A DNA stretch of 32,000 bases from an uncultured Rhodospirillaceae bacterium (GTDB taxonomy: Bacteria; Pseudomonadota; Alphaproteobacteria; Rhodospirillales; Casp-alpha2): positions 1-32,000 of the forward strand of contig CAJWCU010000029.1 of NCBI GenBank assembly GCA_913030825.1. Direction: 5' to 3'. Position numbers and translations under genes: made by a program. The notes under the pieces were generated by a model that was given only the letters and a program-made list of their open reading frames with translations, had not been told where the DNA came from and did no database searches. Of this stretch, positions 21,540-30,929 are shown piece after piece (position 1 is the first letter of the stretch; each line of letters opens with the position of its first letter).

Positions 21540-22761
21540 TGTCTTCTCCTCCACATCCGATAACACCCTGAGTTTCAAGATCGCCGATCGCGGCCCCATC
21601 CATGCCCAGGTACTCGGCCAGGACGGCCTGGGTATCCGCACCCTGCGGCCGCCCCGCCCAGCGGACCCGGCCGGGCGAGCCCATCAACTTGGGCACCACG
21701 CCGGGCACGGTGACGCTGTCCAGTTCGTCGCTGGGCACGGTCAGCAGCATGTCGCGTTCGCGGAAATGCGCGTCGCGGAAAATGTCGGCGACGTCGAAGA
21801 TCGGCGCCGCCGGGACATGCCCGGCGTTCAGCCGCTCGTCCAGGTCCGCCAGGCTCCGCGCCATCGTCCATTCGGTAATCAACGCCGTCAGCTCCGCCTC
21901 GTTCTCGTTGCGGGCCACGGCTTCGGCGAAGCGCGGATCGTCCTTCAAATCCGGTCGGTCCATGGCGTCGGCCAGGCGGCGAAAGACGGAATCGTTGCCG
22001 GCAGCGATGTGGATGTAGCTGCCGTCGCCGGTCGGGAAGAGATCGTTGGGCGCGTGCCCGGGCAGGCGCCCACCGGCGCGGGCCGCGACCTTGCCCAGTT
22101 TTTCATAGGCTGGGATCAGGCCCTCCATCACGGTAAAGGCAGATTCGTAAAGCGTCGCATCGACGCATTGGCCCTTGCCCGTATCGCGCCGGTGATAGAG
22201 TGCCATCATCGCGCCGAGCGCGGCGTAGACGCCGGTCAGGTAATCGGTCAACGGCACGGCGGCGCGGCTGGGCGGACGGTCCGGCTCGCCGGTGATGCTG
22301 CGCAGGCCGCTCATCCCTTCGCCGATGATGCCGAAGCCGGGGCGGTCGCGGTAGGGTCCCGTCTGGCCGAAACCGCTGACCCGGACCATCACCAGACCCG
22401 GGTTGTCCTTCGCCAGATCGTCATATCCCAGGCCCCATTTTTCCATGGTGCCGGGGCGGAAATTTTCGATCAGCACGTCGCATTTGGCGGCCAACTTGGC
22501 GACCAGGGCACGACCTTCCTCCGTCCGCAGATTGACGGAGATCACCCGTTTGTTGCGCGACAGGCTGGCCCAGGACAGGGACTTGCCTTCGAATTGATCG
22601 CCGAAGCTGCGGACCGGATCGCCGTCGGGGGATTCGACCTTGACGACCTCGGCCCCGAAATCGGCCATCAGCCGCCCGCAATAGGGCCCCGCCACCGTCG
22701 AGCCCAACTCCAACACGCGGCAGCCCTGCAGCGGCCCCATTTCAAACCCGTTTTCTGACAT
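21532..22761 (-). CDS. Family III CoA-transferase (CaiB/BaiF type)
   Basis: Start at ATG 22761 after GGGAGGGA. N-terminal motif GCRVLELGSTVAGPYCGRLMADFGAEVVKVESPDGDPVR. Confidence 0.9.
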   Translation of the reverse strand: MSENGFEMGPLQGCRVLELGSTVAGPYCGRLMADFGAEVVKVESPDGDPVRSFGDQFEGKSLSWASLSRNKRVISVNLRTEEGRALVAKLAAKCDVLIENFRPGTMEKWGLGYDDLAKDNPGLVMVRVSGFGQTGPYRDRPGFGIIGEGMSGLRSITGEPDRPPSRAAVPLTDYLTGVYAALGAMMALYHRRDTGKGQCVDATLYESAFTVMEGLIPAYEKLGKVAARAGGRLPGHAPNDLFPTGDGSYIHIAAGNDSVFRRLADAMDRPDLKDDPRFAEAVARNENEAELTALITEWTMARSLADLDERLNAGHVPAAPIFDVADIFRDAHFRERDMLLTVPSDELDSVTVPGVVPKLMGSPGRVRWAGRPQGADTQAVLAEYLGMDGAAIGDLETQGVIGCGGEDNA

Positions 22762-22782
22762 GGCGTCCCTCCCGTGACACAT

Positions 22783-22799
22783 AGGCATGCCGCATGCCT
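22783..22799. promoter_or_regulatory. Perfect 8-bp inverted repeat AGGCATGC-C-GCATGCCT upstream of the CoA-transferase start
   Basis: Read directly from the sequence. It lies 22 nt upstream of ATG 22761, in the divergent LysR / CoA-transferase intergenic region. Confidence 0.3.
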
Positions 22800-22868
22800 G
22801 CGGCGGTCTTGGATCCGCACGATGCAGCCAATCCCATCGGCGCGGTCGGCGGTTATCTTAGGAAGCGG

Positions 22869-22902
22869 CAATAAGTTTCAATAACAAAATTTGTTTACTT
22901 AT
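22869..22902. promoter_or_regulatory. Dyad AATAAGT-N20-ACTTATT (candidate LysR operator)
   Basis: 7-bp perfect arms at 22869-22875 and 22896-22902. The internal sequence is the near-palindrome AACAAAATTTGTT. An AT-rich patch in high-GC DNA, about 60 nt upstream of the LysR start. Confidence 0.35.
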
Positions 22903-22959
22903 TAAGTGACGTTTTCTTACCTTTAGTCCCCAACCACATCCCAGCCCCGGGAGCCCACC

Positions 22960-23844
22960 ATGCGGGTCAGACATCTGAAAACCTTCGTCGTCGCGGCGGA
23001 ATCGGGCAACTTCGCCCAGGCCGCCGACCGTTTGAACATGACGCCCTCGGCGGTCAGCCTGCAGATGAAAACGCTGGAGGAAGCCCTGTCCACGGCGTTG
23101 TTCGACCGCACGGTCCGCCCGGCGCAGCTGACGCCGCAGGGCCGCGCGATCCTGCCCAACGCGCGCGAGATCGTCAGCCTCTACGACCGGCTTCTGGTTC
23201 AGGCCTCGGGCGACGAGTTGAGCGGCCAGATCCGCATCGGCGCCGTCGGCACCACCCTGACCGGCATCCTGCCGCGCGCCCTGTCGGCGCTGCAGTCGCG
23301 ACACCCGAACCTGGGGTTCCAGGTCGTCGACGGGTTTTCCTTCGACCTCGTCACCGAACTGGAAGCGGACGCCTTCGACGTGGTTCTGATCAGCGAACCC
23401 GCCGCCGTGCCCGACGGCTACGAATGGCGGCCCGTGGCCAACGAAACCCTGGTCGTGATCGCGCCGCTCGATTGTTCCGGGACCTACGACGAAGAGGTTC
23501 TGCGGGCCTATCCCTATATCCGCTTCGACCGCCGCGCCTGGTATTCCCATCTGGTCGACGAACAGCTCAAGCAACGCGGGATCGAGGTGGTGGAGAAGAT
23601 GAGCTTTCGAACACTGGAGGCCGTCTCGACCATGGTGTTCTTCGGGCATGGCGTGTCCATCGTGCCGCTGCGCTACCTCAATCAGCCCTTTCCCATGGCC
23701 TTGAAGCGCTTTCCCTTCGGCCATCCGCCGGTGACACGCGGTATCGGCATCCTGTCGCGCCGGGATCACGAAAAACTGGACCTGATCCATGCCTTCCACA
23801 TGGAGCTTCTGGCCCAGCGCGGCATGGAAGCACGGGAAACCTGA
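22960..23844 (+). CDS. LysR-family transcriptional regulator
   Basis: wHTH (LKTFVVAAESGNFAQAADRLNMTPSAVSLQMKTLEE) followed by an effector-binding domain. GGGAG lies before the ATG. Confidence 0.9.
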   Translation: MRVRHLKTFVVAAESGNFAQAADRLNMTPSAVSLQMKTLEEALSTALFDRTVRPAQLTPQGRAILPNAREIVSLYDRLLVQASGDELSGQIRIGAVGTTLTGILPRALSALQSRHPNLGFQVVDGFSFDLVTELEADAFDVVLISEPAAVPDGYEWRPVANETLVVIAPLDCSGTYDEEVLRAYPYIRFDRRAWYSHLVDEQLKQRGIEVVEKMSFRTLEAVSTMVFFGHGVSIVPLRYLNQPFPMALKRFPFGHPPVTRGIGILSRRDHEKLDLIHAFHMELLAQRGMEARET

Positions 23845-23875
23845 CGGGCGGCCCGTCCGGGCGCGGCGTCGCCCC

Positions 23876-24652
23876 TTACGACATGATGTGAAAGCCCGCG
23901 TCGATATAGGTGACGTCGCCGGTGATCGAGCGCGCCCGGTCGGAAATCAGAAAGGCCGCCATGTCGCCGACCTCACGGATCGAGACCAATTGGCGTTCCG
24001 GCGCGCGAGCGCGGGCCTGATCGATCAGATCGTCGAAATGGGCGATGCCCGACGCCGCGCGGGTCGCGATCGGCCCGGGCGACAGCGCGTTGACGCGGAT
24101 GCCGCGCGGCCCCAATTCCGCCGCCATGTAGCGGGTCGCCGATTCCAACGCCGCCTTCACCGGGCCCATGACGTTGTAGCGGTCGACCACTTTCTCGGCC
24201 CCATAGTAGCTGACGGTCAGCAGGCTGCCGCCGTCGGCCATCAGCGGTTCCGCCAGCCGCGCCATACGCAGGAAGGAATGCACGGAAACGTCCATCGCCC
24301 GCGAGAACCCGGCGGCCGAGCAATCGACGACCCGGCCGTGCAGGTCTTCCATGGGGCAGAAGGCGATGGAATGAAGCAGGAAATCGAGGCGCCCCCAACG
24401 GGCCTCGATCTCGGCGAACACGGCTTCCAACTGGCCATCGGCCTCGACATCCAGCGGCAGCAGCATCTGCGCTCCCAACCGGTCGGCCAAGGGTGCGACA
24501 TGAGGATGCGCCTTGTCGTTCAAATAGGTGACCGCCAAGTCGGCACCGGCCTCGGTGAAGGCCTCGGCGCATCCAGCGGCGATGGAATGATCGTTGGCGA
24601 TCCCGACGACCAGGCCTTTTTTACCGCTCAAGGTTCCCGAAAATCCGTCCAT
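23876..24652 (-). CDS. fabI: Enoyl-[acyl-carrier-protein] reductase (NADH), FabI-type SDR
   Basis: Start at ATG 24652 (MDGFSGTLSGKKGLVVGIANDHSIA). The Y-x6-K motif YNVMGPVKAALE and a length of 258 aa are typical of FabI. The longer track ORF adds an implausible 61-aa leader. Confidence 0.8.
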   Translation of the reverse strand: MDGFSGTLSGKKGLVVGIANDHSIAAGCAEAFTEAGADLAVTYLNDKAHPHVAPLADRLGAQMLLPLDVEADGQLEAVFAEIEARWGRLDFLLHSIAFCPMEDLHGRVVDCSAAGFSRAMDVSVHSFLRMARLAEPLMADGGSLLTVSYYGAEKVVDRYNVMGPVKAALESATRYMAAELGPRGIRVNALSPGPIATRAASGIAHFDDLIDQARARAPERQLVSIREVGDMAAFLISDRARSITGDVTYIDAGFHIMS

Positions 24653-24940
24653 TCCTAATCTTCCCTGCAGGTTCGATGGTCTCGATTGCCTGCCGGTTAT
24701 GCCAAGGAACAATGAAACGGCGATGACCTTGACGTAACCCGCGGGCGACACAACGCGGATCGGCGCCTCTCCCCGGCGGTGCGGACAGGCCATGACGTAA
24801 CGATTTACCTGGAGGGATCCTGGAACGCGCGGCATTCGCCGTCTTTTTATCGGCGCGCGGTACGGACGAAACGAACGGCCGCGCGACCCGCCTATGTTAG
24901 CGGATCGCGCGGGATGCCGAAATCGAAAGGTTTGTGACGC

Positions 24941-25183
24941 TCAGGCGGCCTTCGCCATGCCGTCGAACAACTGCGCATTGGGACAGAACCAATGATAGTC
25001 CTGGGCGCCGTCGAACCCGGCCAGCCAGGAGAAGCAGGCGTCGGAATGTTCGCAGCTTTGGCAGCGTGCATTGGCCAGCCGCATGCGATCCTGCGGCACA
25101 TGGCTCGCGTCGATATCGAGGGTTTTCAGCGCCTCTTTCAACAGCGGGGATTGCGGGACGTCGATTTCAAGAAGATGAACCAT
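24941..25183 (-). CDS. Small Cys-rich protein (DUF6455-like)
   Basis: ATG 25183 preceded by GAGGAG. Sequence LKTLDIDASHV...RCQSCEHSDACFSWL...FCPNAQLF. The family assignment is from memory of the RCxxC...C..WL...FCPN pattern. Confidence 0.5.
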   Translation of the reverse strand: MVHLLEIDVPQSPLLKEALKTLDIDASHVPQDRMRLANARCQSCEHSDACFSWLAGFDGAQDYHWFCPNAQLFDGMAKAA

Positions 25184-25304
25184 GATGATGCTCCTCATCG
25201 TTCGGGGTGGTGATCATTGGCACCATCCTAGTGAACGATCTCGGGGCCGCATTGATCCAGGTCATCCGCGCCGCGGTTTTCTTCAGGCGGCGAGGCGGGC
25301 TCGA

Positions 25305-26432
25305 TCAAGCATCCATGTCGTGAAGCATCTTGGCCAATTGCTTAGACGCCGGGGTGACGATGGCGACGAAATAGGATTCGCGAAGCCGCCGCTGCGCCGG
25401 AGCCTCGTAAAGATAGCCGCGCGCGCCCGCGTGCAGCATCGCCGCCTGGGCCGCGACCAGGGACAGGTCGCTGCCCGCCAGACGGGCCTTGAGGACCGCC
25501 CGGAAATAATCGTCCGATGTCTCGTAGGGCGTCTGACAGAGAATCACCACTTCTTCCTTCAATGCGGCCAGCTTTTCCGCGATGGCGTCGGGCCGGTCGG
25601 GCAGGAAGCGGTTGACGTGTTCGTGCGACTTGTCGGTCTGGCGCATGATCTGAAGACAGCCTTCGATCAGGCCCGCCGCCATGCCGCATTGCATAAGGAT
25701 GAAACCGGCGCGGATGTCGCGCACGAATTCACCGGCCGGATCGGCCAGGATCATGTCGTCGGGCACGAAGTGTTCCTTGAACTTGACCGCGTATGTGCGA
25801 GTTCCTTCAAGGGCGGTGAAGCTGGCGTTCTGCGACAGGCTGACGCCCGGCGCCGAACAATCGACGCAGAACATGACCGGCGGGCCGTCGCCGCCGTCGG
25901 AGCCGAAGATGGCGCCGAAATACCTGTCCTCGCCGATGTTGGAGACCCAGGGCAACGTGCCGCTGACGACATAGCCGCCGTCGGCCTTGACCCCTTTAAG
26001 GCGCATCTTTTCGATCCCGAAGAAGTTCTTCATGGGATTGGACAGGCCCGTCCCGGCGCCCAAGGCGGCGGTCGAGACGGCCCGCAGCATCTTGGACTTC
26101 AGCGCTTCGTTCGGCGTATTGGCCAGATACCAGGCCATGGCGTTCTGACACCACATGCAGAACGACGTCGAAAGACATTCCTCGCCGACGATCGCCATGG
26201 CCTCGGTCGCCAGGTCGAGGCGCGGTTCGGCCCCGACATGCTGGGAATAGGCGCCGGCCGCGCCCAATGCCCGCATGACCGCATCGGGATACACCCCTTC
26301 GCGGTCGATCTGGTTGACGATGGGATGAAGGTCATTGTCCGTAATGGCCCGGACGGCGGCGAGCATGTCCGCCCCGCCGTCCGGCGCCGTTACGCCCCCC
26401 ACTGCCACGTCCTGTTCCAATGCGCCCAGCAT
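25305..26432 (-). CDS. Acyl-CoA dehydrogenase family protein
   Basis: 375 aa. The overall ACAD-like layout has an N-terminal helical part, a middle beta domain (GGYVVSGTLPWVSNIG) and a C-terminal helical part (ARGYLYEAPAQRRLRES). Confidence 0.75.
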   Translation of the reverse strand: MLGALEQDVAVGGVTAPDGGADMLAAVRAITDNDLHPIVNQIDREGVYPDAVMRALGAAGAYSQHVGAEPRLDLATEAMAIVGEECLSTSFCMWCQNAMAWYLANTPNEALKSKMLRAVSTAALGAGTGLSNPMKNFFGIEKMRLKGVKADGGYVVSGTLPWVSNIGEDRYFGAIFGSDGGDGPPVMFCVDCSAPGVSLSQNASFTALEGTRTYAVKFKEHFVPDDMILADPAGEFVRDIRAGFILMQCGMAAGLIEGCLQIMRQTDKSHEHVNRFLPDRPDAIAEKLAALKEEVVILCQTPYETSDDYFRAVLKARLAGSDLSLVAAQAAMLHAGARGYLYEAPAQRRLRESYFVAIVTPASKQLAKMLHDMDA

Positions 26433-26485
26433 GGCGTTCGTCCTTTCTTTCTTGTCGGCTCCCCCGGCCGGCGGGAGCGGCTGGC

Positions 26486-27025
26486 TCAGCCGGCGTCGAT
26501 ATCCAGGTTGACCGGACGGGTGAAGGTATTGGCGACCGGCGACCAGGCTTTGACATGGTCGATCAGGGCCGCAATCTCCTCGTCCGAGGTATCGGCCTCA
26601 AGGTTCACTTTGACGCGCACGTCGGTGAACCCGACGGGCTTTTCGCTGGTGTCGCCCGTACCCCAGACGGCGGTGATGTTCAGATCGCCTTCCAGTTCCA
26701 GTTCCAGCTTCTGAATGGTGATGCCGCGGGCGACCGCGTTGGCGTGGATGCCGACGGCCAGGCAGGAGCCCAGGGCGGCCAGCGAGGCTTCCGACGGGTT
26801 CGGCGCCGTGTCGTCGCCAAGCAGGGCCGGCGGCTCGTCGACGATGTAGGGCTCCAGATCGCGGATGTAGTTCAGGTGCCGGAAGCGGCCTTCGGCCACG
26901 GTCTTGCAGCTGAGCGTCTTGATGGCCTGCGGGTTTTCCTTGCCCTTGGCGATCAGGCTTTCCAGACCGCCCTTGTCGATGGGGGCGAGGCAGCCGGTGA
27001 GGGCAGTGGCGGGTTCATTCGACAT
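26486..27025 (-). CDS. OsmC/Ohr-family protein
   Basis: ATG preceded by AAGGGAG. The LAALGSCLAVGIHANA motif is typical of OsmC-like proteins. Confidence 0.75.
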   Translation of the reverse strand: MSNEPATALTGCLAPIDKGGLESLIAKGKENPQAIKTLSCKTVAEGRFRHLNYIRDLEPYIVDEPPALLGDDTAPNPSEASLAALGSCLAVGIHANAVARGITIQKLELELEGDLNITAVWGTGDTSEKPVGFTDVRVKVNLEADTSDEEIAALIDHVKAWSPVANTFTRPVNLDIDAG

Positions 27026-27055
27026 GATGGTTACTCCCTTCGTTGAAAATGTCGA

Positions 27056-27880
27056 TCAGGCGTTCCTGACCCAGCTGTACCGGCGGATCGCATAGAGGCA
27101 GATGGCGTCCAATGCGAAACCGATGGCACCGATGATCAGGACGATGGCGGTAATTCGGTCGTATTCCAGGGTGTCGCGGGCATCGTTGATGGCGTAGCCC
27201 AGGCCCGAGGTGACCCCTAAGTATTCGGCGGGGACCAGCACCACCCAGGCGACGCCCAAGGCCAGACGAATGCCGGTCAGGACGTCCTGGGCGATGGCCG
27301 GAAGAATGATGACGGCCAGCATGTGCCAGCCGCGCGCGCCTAAGTTCTGCGCGACACGAAACCATTTGGGGTCGACCTTGCGCAGGCCGGCGGCGGTCGA
27401 AAAGGTGATCGGCCAGACGGCGGCGGCGAAGATCAAAAAGACGATGGCCGCATGCCATGTCTCGAACGCCAGGACGGCGATCGGCATCCAGGCCAGCGGG
27501 CTGATCATGCGCAGGAACTGGAACGGCAGGTGCGTCGCCTCGCGGACGACGGCAAGCCTGCCGATGGCGATGCCGACGGGCACGCCGATGACGATCGCCC
27601 ACAGCAGTCCCTGGCCGATGCGTGCCAGGCTGGGCAGGCTCATGCCCACGACTTCGCCCGATTGCAGGATGTCCCACAGCCGGTCGAAGGTCGGGCCCGG
27701 CGCGAAATCGGCGAAGGACGCCGTGTCCGGATTCATGGCGACCAGGATGCCGCCGACCTGCCACAGCGCCAACGTCGCCGCCACCCCGATGACGGCGGGC
27801 GCGAACCTTTTGATCAGGTCCGTGACCGCCGCCGGGGCGGAAGCGGGCGGGCCCGCCTGTTGCGCGACGCCGGTGGTCAT
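27056..27880 (-). CDS. ABC transporter permease (NitT/TauT family)
   Basis: Multi-pass membrane protein with the loop KWFRVAQNLGARGWHMLAVIILPAI. ATGA overlap with the substrate-binding gene stop. Confidence 0.9.
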   Translation of the reverse strand: MTTGVAQQAGPPASAPAAVTDLIKRFAPAVIGVAATLALWQVGGILVAMNPDTASFADFAPGPTFDRLWDILQSGEVVGMSLPSLARIGQGLLWAIVIGVPVGIAIGRLAVVREATHLPFQFLRMISPLAWMPIAVLAFETWHAAIVFLIFAAAVWPITFSTAAGLRKVDPKWFRVAQNLGARGWHMLAVIILPAIAQDVLTGIRLALGVAWVVLVPAEYLGVTSGLGYAINDARDTLEYDRITAIVLIIGAIGFALDAICLYAIRRYSWVRNA

Positions 27881-29106
27881 AGAGCCAACAGCTCCTCACG
27901 CTCGTACGGGTTGTTGGGATCGACGCTCGGGTGCTTCTTCCACTCGGGATATTTCTCGAGCGCGTTGCGGATGAATTTGTAGTCGACCAGATCGTCGGCG
28001 ACGAAGGCCGGGTCCAGATTCTCCAGGAAGGTCTTATCGCCGCTGACCACCGTGTCGTTCATCGCCTCGACGATGAACTTGGTCGCCGACGGATAGGGCC
28101 AGCCCAGGAAATCGATGCGGCCCGATCCCCAATCGGGATGCTGGATCGCTTCGGGGCTGGCGTAGTCCTTGGGGTCGTAATAGGTCATGGCGCGGGTCAC
28201 CACGGGGGCCGGGGCGGGCAGATATTTCTCGCCGTCGCGGGACAGCAGCTTCGCCGTCTCGGCCTTGTTCTCCATGGCGAAGTTCATGCCGCGGACCAGG
28301 GCGTTCATCACTGCCTGGGTCCATTCCGGCTTGGTGTCGACCGTGTCCTCGTGCATGCAGATGGTGCAGCAGGGATGGTTGCGCCACATGTCGCCGGTGA
28401 ACCGCAGCATCTTGGCCCCGGCCTTCAACTCACCCAGGGCATTGAACGGCTCGGCGACGATGAAGGCGTCGATCTTCCTACCGGCCAGGGCCGGCGGCAT
28501 GTCCGGCGGCGGCATGACCTGCAGGTTGCATTCGTCGGGCGCCAGCGCAGCACCCTGCGGTTTGATGACGGCCTTCACGTTGGCTTCACGAAGCGCCATC
28601 TGCAGCACGATGTTGTGCATGGAATACCAATAGGGCACGGCGACCTGCTTGCCGCCCAGGTCTGCGAAGCTGTCGATGCCCGTGTCCTTGCCGACGACCA
28701 GAGCCGATCCGTTGGTATGGGCCCAGGCCATCAGCTTGACCGGGAACTTGTTGTTGTACCGCATCCAGATGGGGATGGGCTTCAGGAAGTGAACCAGGTT
28801 GAACTTGCGCGCGGCGAAGCCTTCGATCAGCGGCGACCAGCCGCGGATCAGGGTCGGCTTCTCGGCTTCCAGTCCTTCGTCCTTGAAGTAGCCGTTGGCA
28901 TGGGCGACCAGCAGCGCCGTCGCATCGGTGATCGGAAGGTAGCCGATCCGCACGACGTCGTCGTCGGGTGCCGCCATGGCCGGGATCGACAAGCCGGCAA
29001 GGGCCGCCGCGAGGCCGCCTTTCGCCATGATGTCGAGCCATTGGCGCCGTGAAATTCCCTGTTCAAGTACTTCTTCGTCAACGGCCATTGCGAATTCGTC
29101 ATGCAT
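27877..29106 (-). CDS. ABC transporter substrate-binding protein (NrtA/CmpA/SsuA-like), Tat signal
   Basis: Preferred start is ATG 29106 (MHDEFAMAVDEE...). The twin-arginine motif SRRQWLDIMAKGGLAAALAGLSIPAMA is present. 8-nt overlap with the ATPase stop. The track start 29235 lies inside the ATPase gene. Confidence 0.85.
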   Translation of the reverse strand: MHDEFAMAVDEEVLEQGISRRQWLDIMAKGGLAAALAGLSIPAMAAPDDDVVRIGYLPITDATALLVAHANGYFKDEGLEAEKPTLIRGWSPLIEGFAARKFNLVHFLKPIPIWMRYNNKFPVKLMAWAHTNGSALVVGKDTGIDSFADLGGKQVAVPYWYSMHNIVLQMALREANVKAVIKPQGAALAPDECNLQVMPPPDMPPALAGRKIDAFIVAEPFNALGELKAGAKMLRFTGDMWRNHPCCTICMHEDTVDTKPEWTQAVMNALVRGMNFAMENKAETAKLLSRDGEKYLPAPAPVVTRAMTYYDPKDYASPEAIQHPDWGSGRIDFLGWPYPSATKFIVEAMNDTVVSGDKTFLENLDPAFVADDLVDYKFIRNALEKYPEWKKHPSVDPNNPYEREELLAL

Positions 29107-30010
29107 GGCGAGCCCCCGCTGTCTGAGTTTTCGATTGCGTGATGTCGTCCGACGACGGATCGCCGGGCGCGGATATGGCGCCGGCGCGTTCCGGCAGTTC
29201 TTCGACGTTGAAGGTGGTGTCGGTTGCCTCGGCATCTTCTTGGCCGTCCCCGTCGGCGTCGCCGCCGATGAGCGCCATGAGCCGGCGGCGCATGTCTTCG
29301 CTGGCTGCCTCGCCGCCCGCCTGTCCGCCGTTCCCGGCCAGGGCCGCGGTGTCTTCGATGGCGGCGATGCGGCCCGGGTTGGGCGTCATGGCGACGACCC
29401 GGTTGCCCATGGAAATCGCTTCGTCCAGATCGTGGGTGACCAGGACCAGCGTGATATCGAGACGCCGCGTGATCTCCAGCACGTCGCGCTGCAGGGCGCG
29501 GCGGGTAATCGCGTCGAGCGCGGAAAAAGGTTCGTCCAGGAACAGGGCGGTCGGCTCGACGGCGAGCGAGCGGGCCAAGGCGACGCGCTGCTGCTGGCCC
29601 CCGGAAAGCTGTTGCACGTTGACGTCACGCAGCGCCGAAAGGCCGACCATCTCCAACAACGGCTCGACGATTTTTGCCGCTTCCTTCATCCGGCCCGCGA
29701 AACGCAGGCCCAGGGACGCGTTTTCGAACACGGTCATCCAGGGATAGAGCAGCGGTTCCTGGAACATCAGGTTCCATTTCGGCGACGGTCCGTCGACGTA
29801 GGTACCGTCCACGTAAACCTTCCCCGACGAGGGCGTCATCATGCCGCAGGCGATCTGCAGCAGCGTCGATTTGCCGCAGCCGCTTCGCCCGACGATGGCA
29901 GTGCTGAGCCCCGGCTCCATGGTGAGGGAAATGTCGTCCAGAACGACCGCCTGTCCCCAGCGATACCGGTGGGAGACGTTTTCGATCAGGATGTGCGCTG
30001 AACGAGCCAT
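29099..30010 (-). CDS. ABC transporter ATP-binding protein with an acidic low-complexity C-terminal tail
   Basis: Start at ATG 30010 (MARSAHILIENVSHRY). Walker A GRSGCGKST, signature LSGGQQQR and Walker B LFLDEPF. The last ~80 aa are Gly/Asp/Glu-rich. Confidence 0.9.
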   Translation of the reverse strand: MARSAHILIENVSHRYRWGQAVVLDDISLTMEPGLSTAIVGRSGCGKSTLLQIACGMMTPSSGKVYVDGTYVDGPSPKWNLMFQEPLLYPWMTVFENASLGLRFAGRMKEAAKIVEPLLEMVGLSALRDVNVQQLSGGQQQRVALARSLAVEPTALFLDEPFSALDAITRRALQRDVLEITRRLDITLVLVTHDLDEAISMGNRVVAMTPNPGRIAAIEDTAALAGNGGQAGGEAASEDMRRRLMALIGGDADGDGQEDAEATDTTFNVEELPERAGAISAPGDPSSDDITQSKTQTAGARHA

Positions 30011-30013
30011 GCC

Positions 30014-30039
30014 AAAAAGAATGACCGATCGTTCTTTTT
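30014..30039. promoter_or_regulatory. Inverted repeat AAAAAGAA-N10-TTCTTTTT beside the ABC operon start (TetR operator or 5' mRNA hairpin candidate)
   Basis: 8-bp perfect arms with a spacer containing the palindrome CGATCG. It lies 4 nt upstream of ATG 30010, in the intergenic region shared with the divergent TetR gene. Confidence 0.35.
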
Positions 30040-30246
30040 TGTCAAACAAATTTTTGCGATGCAACACAGATTCATGCAGCGCAGCATTGAAATCAAGTGG
30101 TTCGCGGAGATCGAAAGCCCCCATTTTCCGCAGCCGCGGCCCGTCATCGCCCCGTAAAAACTCAATAAATTCGTATGATTTCTTGCGATTTTCCGAAAAC
30201 GGAGGCATAAGAAGCCAGTGAATAACCAGATCTGAAGGCGCGGGAC

Positions 30247-30882
30247 ATGGACGATCAAACGATCCCGACGATGACCGTACCGAAACGCCGGCGGGCCAAC
30301 GACCCGGCAGACCGATTGGTCTCAACCGCCCGGGACCTGTTCTGCAAACAGGGAATCGCCGCCACCGGCGTGCAGGAAGTTCTGGACGCCGCCGGCGTCT
30401 CACGGATGACCCTCTACAACCGTTTCGGCTCGAAACAGGCGCTGGTCAACGCGGCCCTGGAACTGGAAGGCCGGCAATGGCGGACCTGGTTCTTCGACGC
30501 CATCGAACAGGCCGGGCGCACGCCGCGCCAGCGGCTCTTGAACATCTTCGCCGTCCTGGAGGATTGGTTCTCGCGCGACGACTATTACGGTTGCGGCTTC
30601 ATCAACGCGATTTCCGAAAGCGACAAGTCGGATCAGGACGTCCGAACCCTGGCGCTGGAACACAAAAGCCAGGTGAAGGGCTTCCTGCAGCATCTCGCCC
30701 GCGAGGCCGGATTGGACAATCCGGAAGGCTTCGTCGATCAGCTGATCCTGATCATCGACGGCGCCATCGTCTGCCGCCTGGGCAATCCGCGGGCATCCCT
30801 GCGCGGCCCGTCCGAGGCGTTATTGTCGTTGTTGCTGACCGAACACGGCGGCGACTGGGCGCGAAAGCCGACCGCGGCCTGA
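30247..30882 (+). CDS. TetR/AcrR-family transcriptional regulator
   Basis: N-terminal HTH (LVSTARDLFCKQGIAATGVQEVLDAAGVSRMTLYNRFGSKQAL). Divergent from the ABC operon. Confidence 0.9.
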   Translation: MDDQTIPTMTVPKRRRANDPADRLVSTARDLFCKQGIAATGVQEVLDAAGVSRMTLYNRFGSKQALVNAALELEGRQWRTWFFDAIEQAGRTPRQRLLNIFAVLEDWFSRDDYYGCGFINAISESDKSDQDVRTLALEHKSQVKGFLQHLAREAGLDNPEGFVDQLILIIDGAIVCRLGNPRASLRGPSEALLSLLLTEHGGDWARKPTAA

Positions 30883-30929
30883 CCCCACCCACCCCTGTTC
30901 TCCGTACGACGGCCGAGCCGATCTCTTTG

